The translations under genes were made by a program, and so were the position numbers. Shown piece by piece: positions 11,081 through 24,832 of a DNA stretch of 64,000 nt (its first letter is position 1; every line of letters starts with the position of its first letter). Under the pieces are notes generated by a model. That model saw only the letters and a list, made by a program, of their open reading frames with translations, had not been told where the DNA came from and searched no databases. The DNA comes from Octopus sinensis (lineage: Eukaryota). The stretch lies in assembly GCF_006345805.1 (NCBI RefSeq), contig NC_042999.1, forward strand, positions 49,724,001-49,788,000, written 5' to 3'.

Positions 11081-12520
11081 AATCTGAAATAAGAAAGAAA
11101 TGTAAAAGCCATATCAACTCAAAGGTGATCTTTTCATTTTGAAAATTAACGAGATCATTTTATTAAATGATTATTAATAATATTAACAACAATGAGGATA
11201 CAATACTTGACATAGAGTATGTCCAACAAACAAAATATTTAAAAAAACAAAAGCATCGTCTCTATTCAACAATTGTATTTTTTTTTTTAACAAAATCATA
11301 TTTCTTAAAAATCTAAATGACACAAAAGATAACAAACAAACTGTGACAAATGTTTGAAAAGGCCTTCAAAGATATTATCACATTCGAGAAGTCCATATTA
11401 GTTCAGAATTAGTATATAAAAATAATAATAAAATATTTCAGGGAAAAATGTTTCCTCCATTTCTATTTTGTCATGAAAAACAGCTGATTAAGGATTATTT
11501 TTTTTGCATCATTCTTCATCTTCCAACTACAGAAAATTTTACCATTTTGTCTCGAGTTTAAAAACTTCATTGAAGCCACCCTATAATTCCTCAACCCAGG
11601 AAATAAATTTTGCAGCTTACAGCATATTTTGAAATACTTCATTACTTTTAAACTATTATGATTTTACCATCAATTAATAATATAAAGATTAAATTTAAGG
11701 AATGTTTTAAAATTCACTACAGGGACTAAATTCTATTCTGTAATTTCTAATCTGCAAATGATATTAATTAAACATAATTAAACACAGGCAGTTGAAAATG
11801 TTGTAAAGCAGATTATTATTTCTTTACATTCTACATGGAATTATACTTCTTGTAATTATTTTCAGATTTCAAATTAGATATCTTATGCTTCAAAGTGCAA
11901 TTTGCTTTGATTTGCACTCATAATTTCTGTTACCAGATATTTCTGTAATGAAGATAAGACACTTGACAAGTTCACAGTCGTTTGTTATTTCATATATAAA
12001 ATTGATTGATTTCTTACATTGGCACAAGACCACAGGTTGATTGAATTGATTCCAGTACATGACTAGTTGTCATTTTATTGACCCTCAAAGGGATGAAAGG
12101 CAAAGTCAATCCAGATGAGATCTGAACTCAGCATGATCAAGGATATTACTAAATACAGTACCACAAGGTACTTTGTTTATATCTGCTCTCCAACATTCTT
12201 ACTTTATATATATTAGCTTGAAGATGATGATTCACTCTGCTGATACTAAGCTTCTCACTATGTGTGATCCTTAAAGCAACAAAAATATTTCATTTTATCA
12301 CCTAAAAGATCACATGTGGAAAGAAAACTGAGCAATAACGGTGAATCATTAACTTCAAATAAATTAATAAACTCTACTACATGAATTAAATACTTTTCTT
12401 TCATTTGTTTATCCAAACATACACATTACAATATAATTTTCATGGTTGGGATAATCTCTCTGAAAGGTATGTCTTCTTTAAAGTAATCAACAAATAAAAC
12501 GTCTCTGTTGAGCTGGTACA

Positions 12521-13408
12521 TCAGGGATATTCCAAAGACTTTACAGTCGTCAAAAATGTGCGTAATAGAGATGCCATATACAAGGCTTGCCTCATTAGAA
12601 GCTGCACATGCGGGTCTGTGTTTGGTCTCCCAGCAGCAGTAAATACTGCCTGAAGAGTATCTTTGAAAGACTGTGCGAGAATACATAGTTCTGTTCCGAG
12701 ATGTTGAGATTTCTGCACTGAATTCAAAGTTATCATAGTCTCATAAGCAAAAAAGAACACTTTTGTGACAGAATGCATGCATGTACTCAAGCTGTTTTGC
12801 AGTTTTTCTTTCGTGAGAGCTGCATTTATTAGAAAAAACTTTGTATGGTTAATAAATTGTTTGGTTTGGAGATACAGTTTTGATCGAGATTCCTCAAAAT
12901 AATTTTCATCTTCAATATTTTGTAGTTCTTTAAAGTTTCCTAAATCCACTTGCATGTCTTTTACAAGAGTTTCAATATCTTTTGATGCCAATGACAAACT
13001 CTCTTCTCCATTATAAACTCGACTCAGTAACTCAGACTTTGATTCTGAAAATTTATTTTTTGGAATGTTTTCTAATGAAGAACAATCAGATACAGTTTGG
13101 AAATGAGTTCCACTTTCGAAATTCTGAATTCTAAAAGAATCCCATATATGTTTAAAAGTAGCATAATGGTTTATTCGTGATGGATCCTCTAAAGCCTGAT
13201 TGCCACACACAATTGGTTGCCACATATGTATAGAACAGATAGGATTGTCTGAAAAATGTTTACAATTTGCTTCAAATTTATTAGAAGAAGCATTTGTTGC
13301 TGAGTTTGCTTCCTTTGGAACTGATGGTCTTGGAGGTACTCCCAAAACATGCTGTAGGGCTTTTAAAGGGCCTGGTTTGCAAGTTGTTGACTTTTGGTTT
13401 TGAGATTG
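12521..13408 (-). CDS. FRMPD4: FRMPD-like terminal coding exon with predicted helical C-terminal domain
   Basis: Acceptor ttcttcttttccAG at 13410/13409, phase 0, open to TGA at 12521. The end (AAGRPNTDPHVQLLMRQALYMASLLRTFL) resembles the FRMPD1-type C-terminus as I recall it. Confidence 0.85.
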   Translation of the reverse strand, partial: QSQNQKSTTCKPGPLKALQHVLGVPPRPSVPKEANSATNASSNKFEANCKHFSDNPICSIHMWQPIVCGNQALEDPSRINHYATFKHIWDSFRIQNFESGTHFQTVSDCSSLENIPKNKFSESKSELLSRVYNGEESLSLASKDIETLVKDMQVDLGNFKELQNIEDENYFEESRSKLYLQTKQFINHTKFFLINAALTKEKLQNSLSTCMHSVTKVFFFAYETMITLNSVQKSQHLGTELCILAQSFKDTLQAVFTAAGRPNTDPHVQLLMRQALYMASLLRTFLTTVKSLEYP

Positions 13409-13621
13409 CTGGAAAAGAAGAAAATAATGAAATATTAATGCAATATATGGAGAAGAGTATGATATGTTTGTATGGGATTAAATTTCCAAAGAATTTCAGT
13501 CTAGTTTAGAGCAGAGAGATTTGCTACTGAATTTCATATTGATGATAAAAGTTACTGAAGAAAATAGTTTTTAATTCAGTAAAATATAGTTTGAGTTAGA
13601 CTTATCCATATTATAGTTTAT

Positions 13622-13862
13622 GTGGAAGTGCGTGACTTAGTGGTTAGGGTGTCAGCATCATGATTGTAAGATTGTGGTTTCGATTCCTGGACCAGGCGAT
13701 GTATTGTGTTCTTGAGCAAAACACTTCATTTCACGTTGCTCCAGTCCACTCAGCTGGCAAAAATGAGTAACGCTGCAATGGACTGGTGTCCCATTCAGCT
13801 TGGGAACACATATGCCATGGAAACTGGGCCCATGAGCCTGGCTAGGCTTTAAAAGGGCGCAT
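13622..13862 (+). mobile_element. SINE family C copy
   Basis: ggaagtgcgtgacttagtggttagggtgtc head; matches 26347-26595. Confidence 0.75.
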
Positions 13863-15170
13863 TTATTATTATTTATATTATAGTTTATAGTTATATAAGA
13901 GGTTAATCATGTACTGTTCTGTCTTGCTGTGATATAGGTATTTATTTGTGTATAAAAAGAAAATATATATACAGTGGTTGAATACTTATAGCTAACTTTT
14001 AATTTGTGTATGTGAGTGTGATGAGAGAGAGACAGAGAGAGAGATTGAGAGCTTGTATGTGTGTCTGTCTGTGATAGGTTGTAAATTTTAAATAATTTCA
14101 AAGTGAAAGATGAGGTCAGATGTGATGAAAATAAAATACTTTGTTTATAAAATCAATTTGAGGTGCAGCATTATCACAGAACTGTTAGCATCACAACTAT
14201 ACATGCACAGCATGGTGACTTCATTTCATGACCTTGCAGGAGTGGCTCAGTTAGAATTTTGTAGCCCATTCCACTCAAAAGGTCACTGAATAAGAGTTGT
14301 TTAAGGATGATGAACAAAACACACTTTCAACATATGGCTATGATGCTTCCTCATTATTCTTGTACAGGATCAGAGGTGTACATATCATCAGCCACAAAGG
14401 AATATACTCAACTGGTGAAGGTCAAGCTATTGACAAGCAAATCTGTGGTACTGAGCAGAATATTTGCTGTAGTGCATCTTTTACACCAAGACAAAACATG
14501 TATACATTAATAGGCACAATTAATTAAGACCAGAAGTCATGAGAACTGCTGCCTGGCAGTGTGTGTGCATGTGTGTGTAAACGTATGTATAAATATATGG
14601 ATGTACAGATATATGCATGTATAGATATGTAGGTATGTATAAATATATGAATGTACAGATATGTGGCACTCTGTCAGTTACGATGACGAGGGTTCCAGTT
14701 GATCTGATCAATGAAACAGCCTGCTCATGAAATTAACGTGCAAGTGGCTGAGCTCTCCACAGACACATGTACCTTTAACGTAGTTCTCAGGGAGATTCAG
14801 CGTAACACAGAGTGTGACAAGACCGACCCTTTGAAATACAGCTACAACAGAAACAGGAAGAAAGAGTGAGAGAAAGTTGTGGTGAAAGTGTACAGTAGGG
14901 TTTGCTACCATGCTCTACCGGAGCTACCAGGAGCTTTAGATGTTTTTGCTCAATAAATACAATGCCTGGTCTGGGAATCGGAACCGTGATCCTATGACCT
15001 CAAATCCACTGCCCTAACCACTGGGCTATTGCATCTCCACACAGATATGCATGTATATATAAATATATGTATATAAATATATGTATACATATGCATGTGC
15101 ATATGAATATGTATAGATATGCATGTGTATATATATATGTATAGATAGATGTGTATATAAATATATGTAT

Positions 15171-15700
15171 GTATAGATATGTATGTTGAAATCTATCCTT
15201 GTATAGATGTGTGTGTCGAAATCTATCTGCGCATAGATGTGTGTGTCGAAATCTATCTGCGCATAGATGTGTGTGTCGAAATCTATCCACGTATAGATGC
15301 GTGTGTCGAAATCTATCCATGTATAGATGTGTGTGTCGAAATCTATCCACGTATAGATGTGTGTGTCGAAATCTATCCACGTATAGATGTGTGTGTCGAA
15401 ATCTATCCACGTATAGATGTGTGTGTCGAAATCTATCCACGTATAGATGTGTGTGTCGAAATCTATCCACGTATAGATGTGTGTGTCGAAATCTATCCAC
15501 GTATAGATGTGTGTGTCGAAATCTATCCACGTATAGATGTGTGTGTCGAAATCTATCCACGTATAGATGTGTGTGTCGAAATCTATCCACGTATAGATGT
15601 GTGTGTCGAAATCTATCCACGTATAGATGTGTGTGTCGAAATCTATCCACGTATAGATGTGTGTGTCGAAATCTATCCGCGTATAGATGTGTATGTAGAA
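15171..15700. repeat. 30-bp minisatellite, 17 full units plus a partial
   Basis: Unit gtatagatgtgtgtgtcgaaatctatccac in exact 30-nt register, variants concentrated near the left edge. Intronic. Confidence 0.97.
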
Positions 15701-15828
15701 ATTGAAACTACATTCTTATGATTGTTAATGCAACACTAACCACTCGGCCACACACCTTTATTCTATATTTAATAAAGGAACAATAAAATTAATTTACATA
15801 AAGTGAAATATATTTGTTAAAAGCTTAC

Positions 15829-17259
15829 CTTATTTAATGTTGTCCTTGGACGAAGGACTGAGTTTGATTGTGAAGAAATACCTTGCATCATCAAAGATTG
15901 CTTATGAATAGCTTCAGATAGAGCTTTGCTTTTATCAGAGCTATCAGATGAAGAAATGGAAGCACTTTTACCTTTTCCTATTGTATTTAAATGTTTATTT
16001 TCAAGACTAGAAGTTCTTTTCCAGCAGGTATCAGAGTCCTGTCTAAAGAGTGTTAAAGAATTGGATCGATGCAAATCTTTATTTTTACAAGTGCTAGATC
16101 TTGATTTCCTTTTAAGGAGGAAGTCACGGTAGGCCTGTAGTTTCGTTTTGAGAGCAGTGAATGTTTCGCTACTGCTGCACACTTGGGTACATTGAATGTC
16201 ATCAGATGCTTGAGCAAAGTCTAATGATCTTGATTTAGTGAGATACTGAGCAGATACATTTTCTTCAAGGAATGGAGACCTGCTTCCGTTCAAAGACAAC
16301 TCCCTAAATAAAGTTTGTGTTTTTGATTCATGGAATGCTTTATTATCACATTGAGAATTAAAATTTGAATCAACCCTTTTTTCCATGTCATCACTATAAT
16401 CATCACCAATTTTCAACATCACTATTTCACTGTGACCCCTTGATTGAGAGGTATCAGAAATATGAGATGCTTTGTGATGTTTTGGAATAAAATTGTCCAT
16501 ACTTTTATCACAGCTAAAATTTGATCCTTCTTTGCCTTTAAATTTCTGCATAGCATCACTATTATCATTTTCCTTGATAGGTGTTTGATAACAACCATTA
16601 TCATCTAGTGTGGTATCTTGCAGACTTTCGATATCACTACAACTGTTTCTCAGCAAGCTCTGTAGTGATGCAGATTCTGAATAACTTTGCATCATGGGAG
16701 AATTAGTTTTAGAAGAGGTTAGCCCTGAGTCTGGAAGTGTTGAAGCTTTTGTGAATGTTTGAGATCGTTGAACATTGGTTGGGGGTATCAAATGAAGAAG
16801 AGTTTTTAGCTTTTCTGAGACTGAGGTAGGGGACTGGATATTATCTCTGTTATAGCCTTTTGAATCCTGTTTGCTGTCATCTTCTGATAATAAAGCTACA
16901 AGTGATTGACTTTCAACAGATTCTTTGGAACCAAACTTCTGAATACTTTGGTCATCTTCAGTTTCCTCGAAAAGCAGATCAATGGAATTTGCCTTCATAT
17001 ACGAAGAAGATTTTCGGAATCTGGTTAATATGGGTGATGGAGATAATGCTGCAGAAGATGTTGATTGAGGTTTTTCTAGCCGATTACACGATTCTGATGA
17101 AGATGAAGATGATGATAAGGGTGGTGGTGGTATCACTAGCAAAGAAATGTCCTCTTCTACAGATAAGTTGCCGCTGTCATGGCCACCCTGACTTGTGTCG
17201 GAGTAGCTGCCATCCCCTGACCAACCACTCCAACTGGGAGTCCTTGCTTCGGCAGTAGC
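15829..17259 (-). CDS. FRMPD4: FRMPD4-like large Ser-rich exon (phase 0-0, 477 codons)
   Basis: Acceptor tttttctctctgatAG, donor AAG|GTAAGC. 1431 nt open, containing the 441-aa ORF 15817..17142 plus 39 upstream in-frame codons. Confidence 0.9.
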
Positions 17260-17550
17260 CTATCAGAGAGAAAAATAAAACGGTAAAAATATTAACTACA
17301 AAGAAATTTCAACAATGTAACCATTAATCATGTTCTCATGTAATTTTTTTTTGTCCACATGTGTGCAGGTGTGTCTGTTGAAATGCATGTATTTAACTAT
17401 TTCTTTGTTTTAATGTGAAGCAAAAAACAAAAAATACAAAGTTATATAGTAAAACTAATTATTTCCATGATGGCTTTACCTTGCTGTTGAGGTCATAATA
17501 AGAATGAAACAATTTACTGTACTTTCTATACTTGCCTCTCAAAATTATAT

Positions 17551-17952
17551 TACTCTTTATTCTCTTACTTGTTTCAGCCATTTGACTGTGGCCATACTGG
17601 AGCACCACCTTTAGCCTAAGGAATCGACCCCAGGGTTTATATTTTGTAAGCCTAGTACTTATTCTATCAGTCTCTTTTGCCAAACCGCTAAGTTACAGGA
17701 ATGTAAACACACCAGCATTGGTTGTCAAACAATGTTCGGGGATAGACCCACAAATATGCACACACACACACACACACACACATATATACATACAACGGGC
17801 TTCTTTTAGTTTCCGTTTACCAAAGCCACTCACAAGGCTTTCATTGGCTCAAGGCTATAGTAGAAGATACTTGCCCAAGGTGCCACACAGTGGAACTGAA
17901 CCCAGAACCATGTGGCTGGTAAGCAAGCTACTTACCACACAGCCACTCCTGT
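17551..17952 (-). mobile_element. SINE family B copy
   Basis: Reverse complement of the family B consensus with an internal (CA)n tract. Confidence 0.8.
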
Positions 17953-17974
17953 GCCTATCATCCAGCATTAAATA

Positions 17975-18852
17975 TATGAACAATAATTTAACTGGATCAT
18001 GGAAAAAAATCAAGCTGGCTGTGGACAAATGTACTGCTAGGCATTTTGGGAGGAGAAACCCAGCGTCCACTTACTCCCTCCACAACACTAATCTCAAAAA
18101 TTCTTCGTGTGAACGTGACCTGGGTGTTATTGTCGACAGCGATTTGCGTTGGACAAAACACATCGCTAAAATTGCCAAGAAGGCTGAGGGTGTCTTGGCA
18201 TCACTCACCAAGTCCTTTGTGAGCCGCTCTCCGACTATCTATCTGCGGCTTCATATAGACCTCACCTGGAATTTGCATCACCGGTCTGGAACCCCTATCT
18301 TGCCCAGGATATTAATCATCTGGAAGCCATTCAGTGACGTGCAACCAAAAGAATACCCTCCATCAGGCATTTGCCATATTCTGAACGCCTTACTTCCCTG
18401 GGCATGGACACATTGAAACTCCGACGTCTGGCAGCTGACTTGGCAGACACCCATAAAATTATCAACCATCTTACAAACAATAACTCTGAGCACCTTTTCA
18501 AACTCCACCCGTCTAACACCCATGGACATATTTACAAAGTCAGAAAACAGCAGAGCTCCCATGACTTTAGGAAACATTTTTTCACGCTGAGAGTTGCTGA
18601 AGCATGGAACAAACTGCCGGCATCAGTTGTTAGTTGTCGGAGCACTGCATCCTTCAAAACTTCCATGCTTCCTGAGATTCACCAACACTACACCTGATTT
18701 CTTCCCCTCCATACACACACAAGCATGTATCTGACTCATACGTTGTTCGCTTTCCAGACATTTGTACATTACTGCATATACTTTATACGCACTTTCTGAC
18801 AAGTTGTGGTGCACCTGAGCACTGTATACAATAATTTCATTATTATTATTAT
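17975..18852 (+). mobile_element. 5'-truncated CR1-type LINE with 3' UTR and (ATT)n tail
   Basis: ORFs 17718..18416 and 18371..18697 contain ERDLGVIVDSDL, YSERLTSLGMDTLKLRRLAADL and FFTLRVAEAWNKLP. Ends in tattattattat. Confidence 0.9.
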
Positions 18853-19361
18853 CAGTAAAAGAGAAGAGAAATGTAATCAGCATAGACATTGGAGGGGGGG
18901 GAAACTATGGTGGATAAGATTTCCTGAACATGTGAAGAGAATTTAAGAACCAGATTACAATTCTATAAAGGAAAGCTAATAAATCGCTTTTGTATTTGCT
19001 TTGCAAGATTCTTGATATGAAATTGTGTGTTGAAACAGATTTTGCTGTACCTTGGGAGTTATATGAGCTTCTTATTGGTATAATCACCCTCTCAAGATGC
19101 AACTAAAGCTAATAAGTGATTATTTGGAAATGGATGAATAAATTTTGATTCTGATGTTAGATGACAATGCCAAAAAAGTGAGGCAAAAATATTGATGAGA
19201 AATGATTTAGAACTACCCAAATGAGTCAGAATATGCAGAGTATGCAAAGTCATAAACGATGAGATGGCCTATTTATACAGTGGTGGGCATAAAAATATAT
19301 GTGGTATGAAAACTGGTAGTAACTTTTACAGACATTTTCTCACATGAATATCGAACATTTT

Positions 19362-19412
<51 letters not shown>

Positions 19413-21505
19413 TGAGACAGAAACACGGATATGAGTGATAATAAAGAAAACAAACATTTATGTGTCTGGACAAATAGAAAAAACATCTAAGAAATGAAAT
19501 GTTATAATGAATGAAAAAAAAATTACATAAAAATTAACTACAGAAAACATACGAATAACACTCAGACAAAACGGGTAAACAAAACAATATGCAAACATAC
19601 TAAATGTGTGTGTGTGTGTGTGTGTATGTGTGTCTTATAAGACACATAAAGACAAGCAAATAAAGTGACTGCATTAAAATTATAAAGAAGAAATATTAAC
19701 GTTAATATGACTTTCTGTATAAATGTATTTAAGCATGAATAAATATATCTATAAGTATAAATGACAGGAAAAGGTATGAATGATAAAACTATGATGAGGA
19801 ATATAACTATGACATGACAGTAAATTGACATGGAGATTGTGTATGTATGTATATATATATATATATATGGACTTGCCCATCAATTGGCAATAGATGAGGT
19901 TTTTGCAATTTCTTACTAAATAACTACAGAGATGATTTGTTTGTAGTGATTAAATGTTTTATGTTCACATAAGCTCACTCCCTTCATAAAATCGACATTG
20001 CCTGTTCATCCGATGATGAAATGATTGCAGAGTAATGCAAAATGAAGTGTTTTGCTTAAGAACATAACACACTACTCAATCTGGGAATTGAAACCATATG
20101 GCCAACTGGTTAGGCTGTTTTCTGAGCAAATTAATTATATTCAGTAAAACACCCTCTGAACATTCTGTAAAGTATAGGTTAACAAATGAGCAGATAAAAC
20201 ATAAGCTTAAGATGTCTTTTTAGTCTCGTAATGTAAAAAAAAACATGACAACCTCCCAAGTGCTGATGCTATGACAAAATGCATATAGTCTCTTTGTAAA
20301 GTGATAGGTGATAGAAAAGGTATCTAACTATAAAAACCAAAGCCAAAAATAAAATATACAAGCAAGGTATGATCTTCCAGTCCATCTATAAAAGTACTAA
20401 ATAGTAGTTGACTTGGACTGTGGTAATCTGGCAAACCCTTGCCAGCAGGGAAGTTGATGTAAAATTATGTAATAAATGGATCTCCAGTTTTTATCATAGG
20501 TGTTTTAATTATTTGATCAATGAAATGGCCTCCTCATTGAATTAGCATGTAAGTGGTTGGGTATTCCACACATGGTACCCTTAATATCATTTTCAAAAGG
20601 GATCAGTGTATAATGTGTATCACAGCTTCTTTTTTAATTTAAAGGCATATAAAAACTGCCAATTGAGCATGGTCGATGCTAGTACCACCTGACTGGTTCC
20701 CATGCCGGTAGCACATAAGGTACCTACTACATTCTCGGAGTGGTTGATGTTAGGAAGAGGATCCAGCTGTAGAAACCTTACTATATCAGATTAGAGCCTG
20801 GTGCAGCCTACCTGCTTGCAAGTTCTTAGTCAAATCGTCCAACCCATGCCAGCATGGAAACCAGACGTTAAATGATGATGACAATGATGATGATGATGAT
20901 TCCTTTCAATGGGCTTTCATACAGTTCTGTTCATCCACTTCCTTTCCTAAATTTGGGTTGACTAGAGGCCATGATAAAAAAAAAAAACGCTTGCTGAAGA
21001 TGTTCTACTCTTAGAATGAGTTTGAATGGTGCATCAAGACCAAAACGCAAATTGCTTAACTGTTCAGCCATCCTGGAGAGTTTAACAATGATTTCAAATT
21101 TTAGTACAGGGCCAGCAATTTCGGGAGAGGTGGGGGACAAGTTGCTTACATTGACTCTGGTGCTCAAATGGTACTTATTTTATCAACCCCAAAAGGATGA
21201 AAAGTAGAGTTGACCTTGGAGGAATTTGAACTCAGAACATGAAGACAGATGAAATGCTGTTGTGTATTTTGCCCAGCATGCTAATGGTGCTGCCAGTTTG
21301 TTACCTCCTGCACATTTTAAAAATGAAAGACCTTTTCAGGATTGCTAAATAACTCGGCTAGTTGGAGTAATTAATATGATACCACTCTGAGACTGCTTCT
21401 GATGTTACAAAACCAAGCAAACTATTTTAACATGTCCATATTTAAATTAAAACATTCGAACATAACATGATATAAATATATTTTAGGTTCCTGACACAAC
21501 CTTAA

Positions 21506-21725
21506 CCCTTTCATTACTGTATTTATTTTGAGATGCTCTGTGTTTCTTTCAATTACTTTAAATATAACAAAAAATTTAGTAAAATAACTTGGTTATCATT
21601 CAGCTAATGTTAGGAACATAAATTTTGACTAAGGTTTGGTAGAAGATTTTAATTCAAAACTCATGGAAACAAGACATTTGTACTTAGAGCCAGAGCTGGT
21701 TTCAGCCAGATTGGTAACAAAGGGG
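21506..21725 (+). mobile_element. TTAA-flanked piggyBac-like MITE, family 1
   Basis: TTAA|CCCTTT...AGGGG|TTAA, 220 bp. Homologous to 24833-25048, 29040-29261 and 32892-33112. Confidence 0.75.
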
Positions 21726-22847
21726 TTAATAATGATAAATAAAAGATGTTTTCATTAAAGTCTTTGAAATTCTTGGTTATCTTAGAAGCGAATTTAAAAA
21801 TGTAGGTAGTAAGTTTCATTAGAATATGCTCATGAGCTTTATCCAATGAAATTACTTCTAAAAAGAGAGAAACAAGTTTGTTGGGTTTTTTTGTGTGTGT
21901 GTTTTTTACTGATAAAGTATTTACAGTTAATTTTTATCAGATAACTGAAATAACAGTGTAAACATCAAGCATAATAATATGTTGTTTAATAGGCAACACT
22001 GTCTAATTAGATTTATGTAGGAGAACTACTGGTGAAAAGATAAAGAGCTTTAACATTTCTTTGAATAATCTATGTGTTGTTATGTAGAAAAGAAAATAGT
22101 GGGGATTGATCAACTTTTAGTCATCTTTACAATCTCTAATAACTTCATACAGAAACAGGTTGTTGTTTCAATAGGACAACAAATTTTCAATAAAAGAAAC
22201 CAGCCAGTATCATGAGTAAAATCTAAGGGCTACATTGTGGTTCTTCCTACTAGTTGACTTTTATTTTGATAATTATCAATTTCAAATGCCAGATACAAAA
22301 ACAGAAGGTTGGTATCTCTCTGCTCAATGCTTAAAATTGCAGTCAGGTGAACGTTTGAGGACATACATAAACAAAACATGCCGGTACAAATACTCACAGA
22401 TAATCAACATATCCATTTGGGGAGGAACACTGGAAAAACAGATTTTTGGTCATGATGACCCAGTTTTTAATTATTTCTGATTGATAGTTTGGAAAGCTGT
22501 TTAAATTTTAATGTATAACTTTGAGCTTTATACTTGCAATAAGTTTTGAAATTAAAAATGAAACAGGGCAATGGATCATGACAACATATTTGAGACACAC
22601 ATATACACATTTACATAAATTGATACACATTTACATAAATTAATCGTCATTTTAACATCCACTTTTTCATGCTTGCATGGGTCAACAAATTTTCAACAGT
22701 CAGATCCCCTTCCGATCTCCAACCCTCACCTCTTTCCAAGCAAAGTAATACTTCCCCATAGCCTGATATGTTTTACCAGAAAATTGTAAACACAAACTAC
22801 TTGTATAATAGTAATGCTCTTTTGCAGCTCTCATGCAATGCAAGACA

Positions 22848-23254
22848 TATTTCTTTATTGCCTACAAGGGGCTAAACATACAGGGGACAAACAAAGATAG
22901 ATAAAGGGATTGATTACATCGACCCCAGTGCATAACTGGTACTTATTTAATCAACCCCGAAAGGATGAAAGGCAAAGTCGGTCTCGGCGGAATTTGAACT
23001 CAGAACTTAGCAGACAAAATACCTATTTCTTTATTGCTCACAAGGGGCTACACACAGAGGAGACAAACAAGGACAGAGAGATGGATTAAGTCGATTATAT
23101 CAACCCCAGTGCGTAACTGGTACTTATTTAATCGACCCTGAAAGGATGAAAGGCAAAGTCGACCTCAGCGGAATTTGAACTCAGAAAGTAATGGCAGACG
23201 AAATACCGCTAAGCATTTCACCCGGTGTGCTAACGTTTCTGCCAGCTTGCTGCC
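22848..23254 (-). mobile_element. Family A SINE dimer with 14-bp TSD
   Basis: A full unit plus a headless unit, flanked by tgcaatgcaagaca at 22834-22847 and 23260-23273. Confidence 0.85.
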
Positions 23255-24136
23255 TTTTGTGCAATGCAAGACAAGGAGACACACACACATGAAGGTTTTG
23301 TTTAGATCTCATTTTTCAAATCCCCTCCCAAAGCTTTAGCAGGAAAAACTTGCCCAAGGTGCCATGCAATGCAACTGAACCCAAAAACCATATGGTCGAG
23401 TGGAGACAAACATTTTAACATCATCAATGGTGGCACTTACCTACCTACCTACCTACTTGTATATGTACATACATATACAAACATACAAACAACTAGAGGT
23501 GAAGAAAACTCTGCTATTTTAAATACTCATAATAAAAGGAAGCAAAGAAAAACTAATAAAACAGTAGTCTAATGGTATTAGTAACCCTTGGATGTACAAT
23601 AACATTCTTTGACACAATGAAATAACAACTAAAGTGAACAATAATGTCTACCGCAATGCTATTTCTAAGAAACTCTAATTATCATATTAGCAATTTTCTA
23701 AAAGTACAATCAAGATTATCTAGACTATCTATCATTATTTAGTTAATGAACAATTAGCTTTACTACTTTTGAAGTTGTGATAGTGAAACATAACTGTCTG
23801 AATCTATAAATTGTTTTAATTGCAACAGAATGTTAATTTATTAGTAATCAATTCCAATTATGATTGATTGTGTAAATAACAATGTAGAGGAGAATAATTA
23901 GAAATTCTTTGTAGCTGTGTAATGAGTCTATTGATAATATATTTAATGCTGAGAACCCCCCCCTCCCACACACACACTCATTAGTCTTGATTGAGTAGAG
24001 CTATGGGGAAAGAACTCTGATCCTTACCATCCCATCATTTAGGGGTAATGTTGAGCTTGATGAAAGAATTCCAATCCTTGCCATCTCATCATTTTAGTGG
24101 GTTATGTAGGGGTGCCTTTTCCAATGTATTCTTTAA

Positions 24137-24670
24137 CTAGCTTAAGGTGAACCATTCTACACGCGGGTGAGGGTGTGGTTACTTTCTGTTGCTTCTTGTT
24201 GTTTCTTATCGCCACATTCTCCCTCTTTGTTTCTCTCTCCTTTCTCTCTCACTTCCCCACTCTCTTACTCTTCCTTTCTCTCGGACTCTCCCTTGCTTTC
24301 TCTTACTTCATATCTTTCTCTATCTATCTCTCTCCCATTTATAAAAAACAAAAGATCTTGAGTAAGTTGAGAAAGAAAATGTTTTGAAAGATCAATCATA
24401 GATATCAGGCAGTGACAACGGAAAGGTCTGCTTCAAGGTGGGCAGCAAAACACTAACATTTAAAAGGGACAGACGAACTTACTAGCTGAATAAAAATTTA
24501 AAAAAATATTGGAAATCAAAGTTTGAAGGGATAGAATCTCAGGATAGTACACTCACCAAAGCAACAACTGTAGGACTCCAAAACGTCTCCCAATCAATTT
24601 CTCACCTCAAGTTACCCCCACCTGTAAATTTTAATCCCCTTCCAGCTCCATTTAGACCCCTTTTTACATA
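24137..24670 (-). mobile_element. Helitron-like element, second copy
   Basis: Both ends homologous to 10294-11080; the middle differs. Confidence 0.6.
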
Positions 24671-24832
24671 AAAATCCAATTTGTATCAGTGTTTACCTTC
24701 ATTTTATAGATTAGATTAAAGACAGCTGGGTGAGACTTCAGGAATGATTTCACTACTATTTCTTCAACCTATCAGCTTAATTGAATTTCAGAAAGCAGTG
24801 CCATAGTAGTTGAAGCCTGCACCTCTGGTAAA

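Noticed and set aside
15000-15721. Long ORFs of 216, 180 and 168 aa, and a CRISPR-like look of the 30-bp array
   Set aside because: The ORFs are translations of a stop-free 30-nt unit. There are no spacers or cas genes, and the context is a eukaryotic intron.
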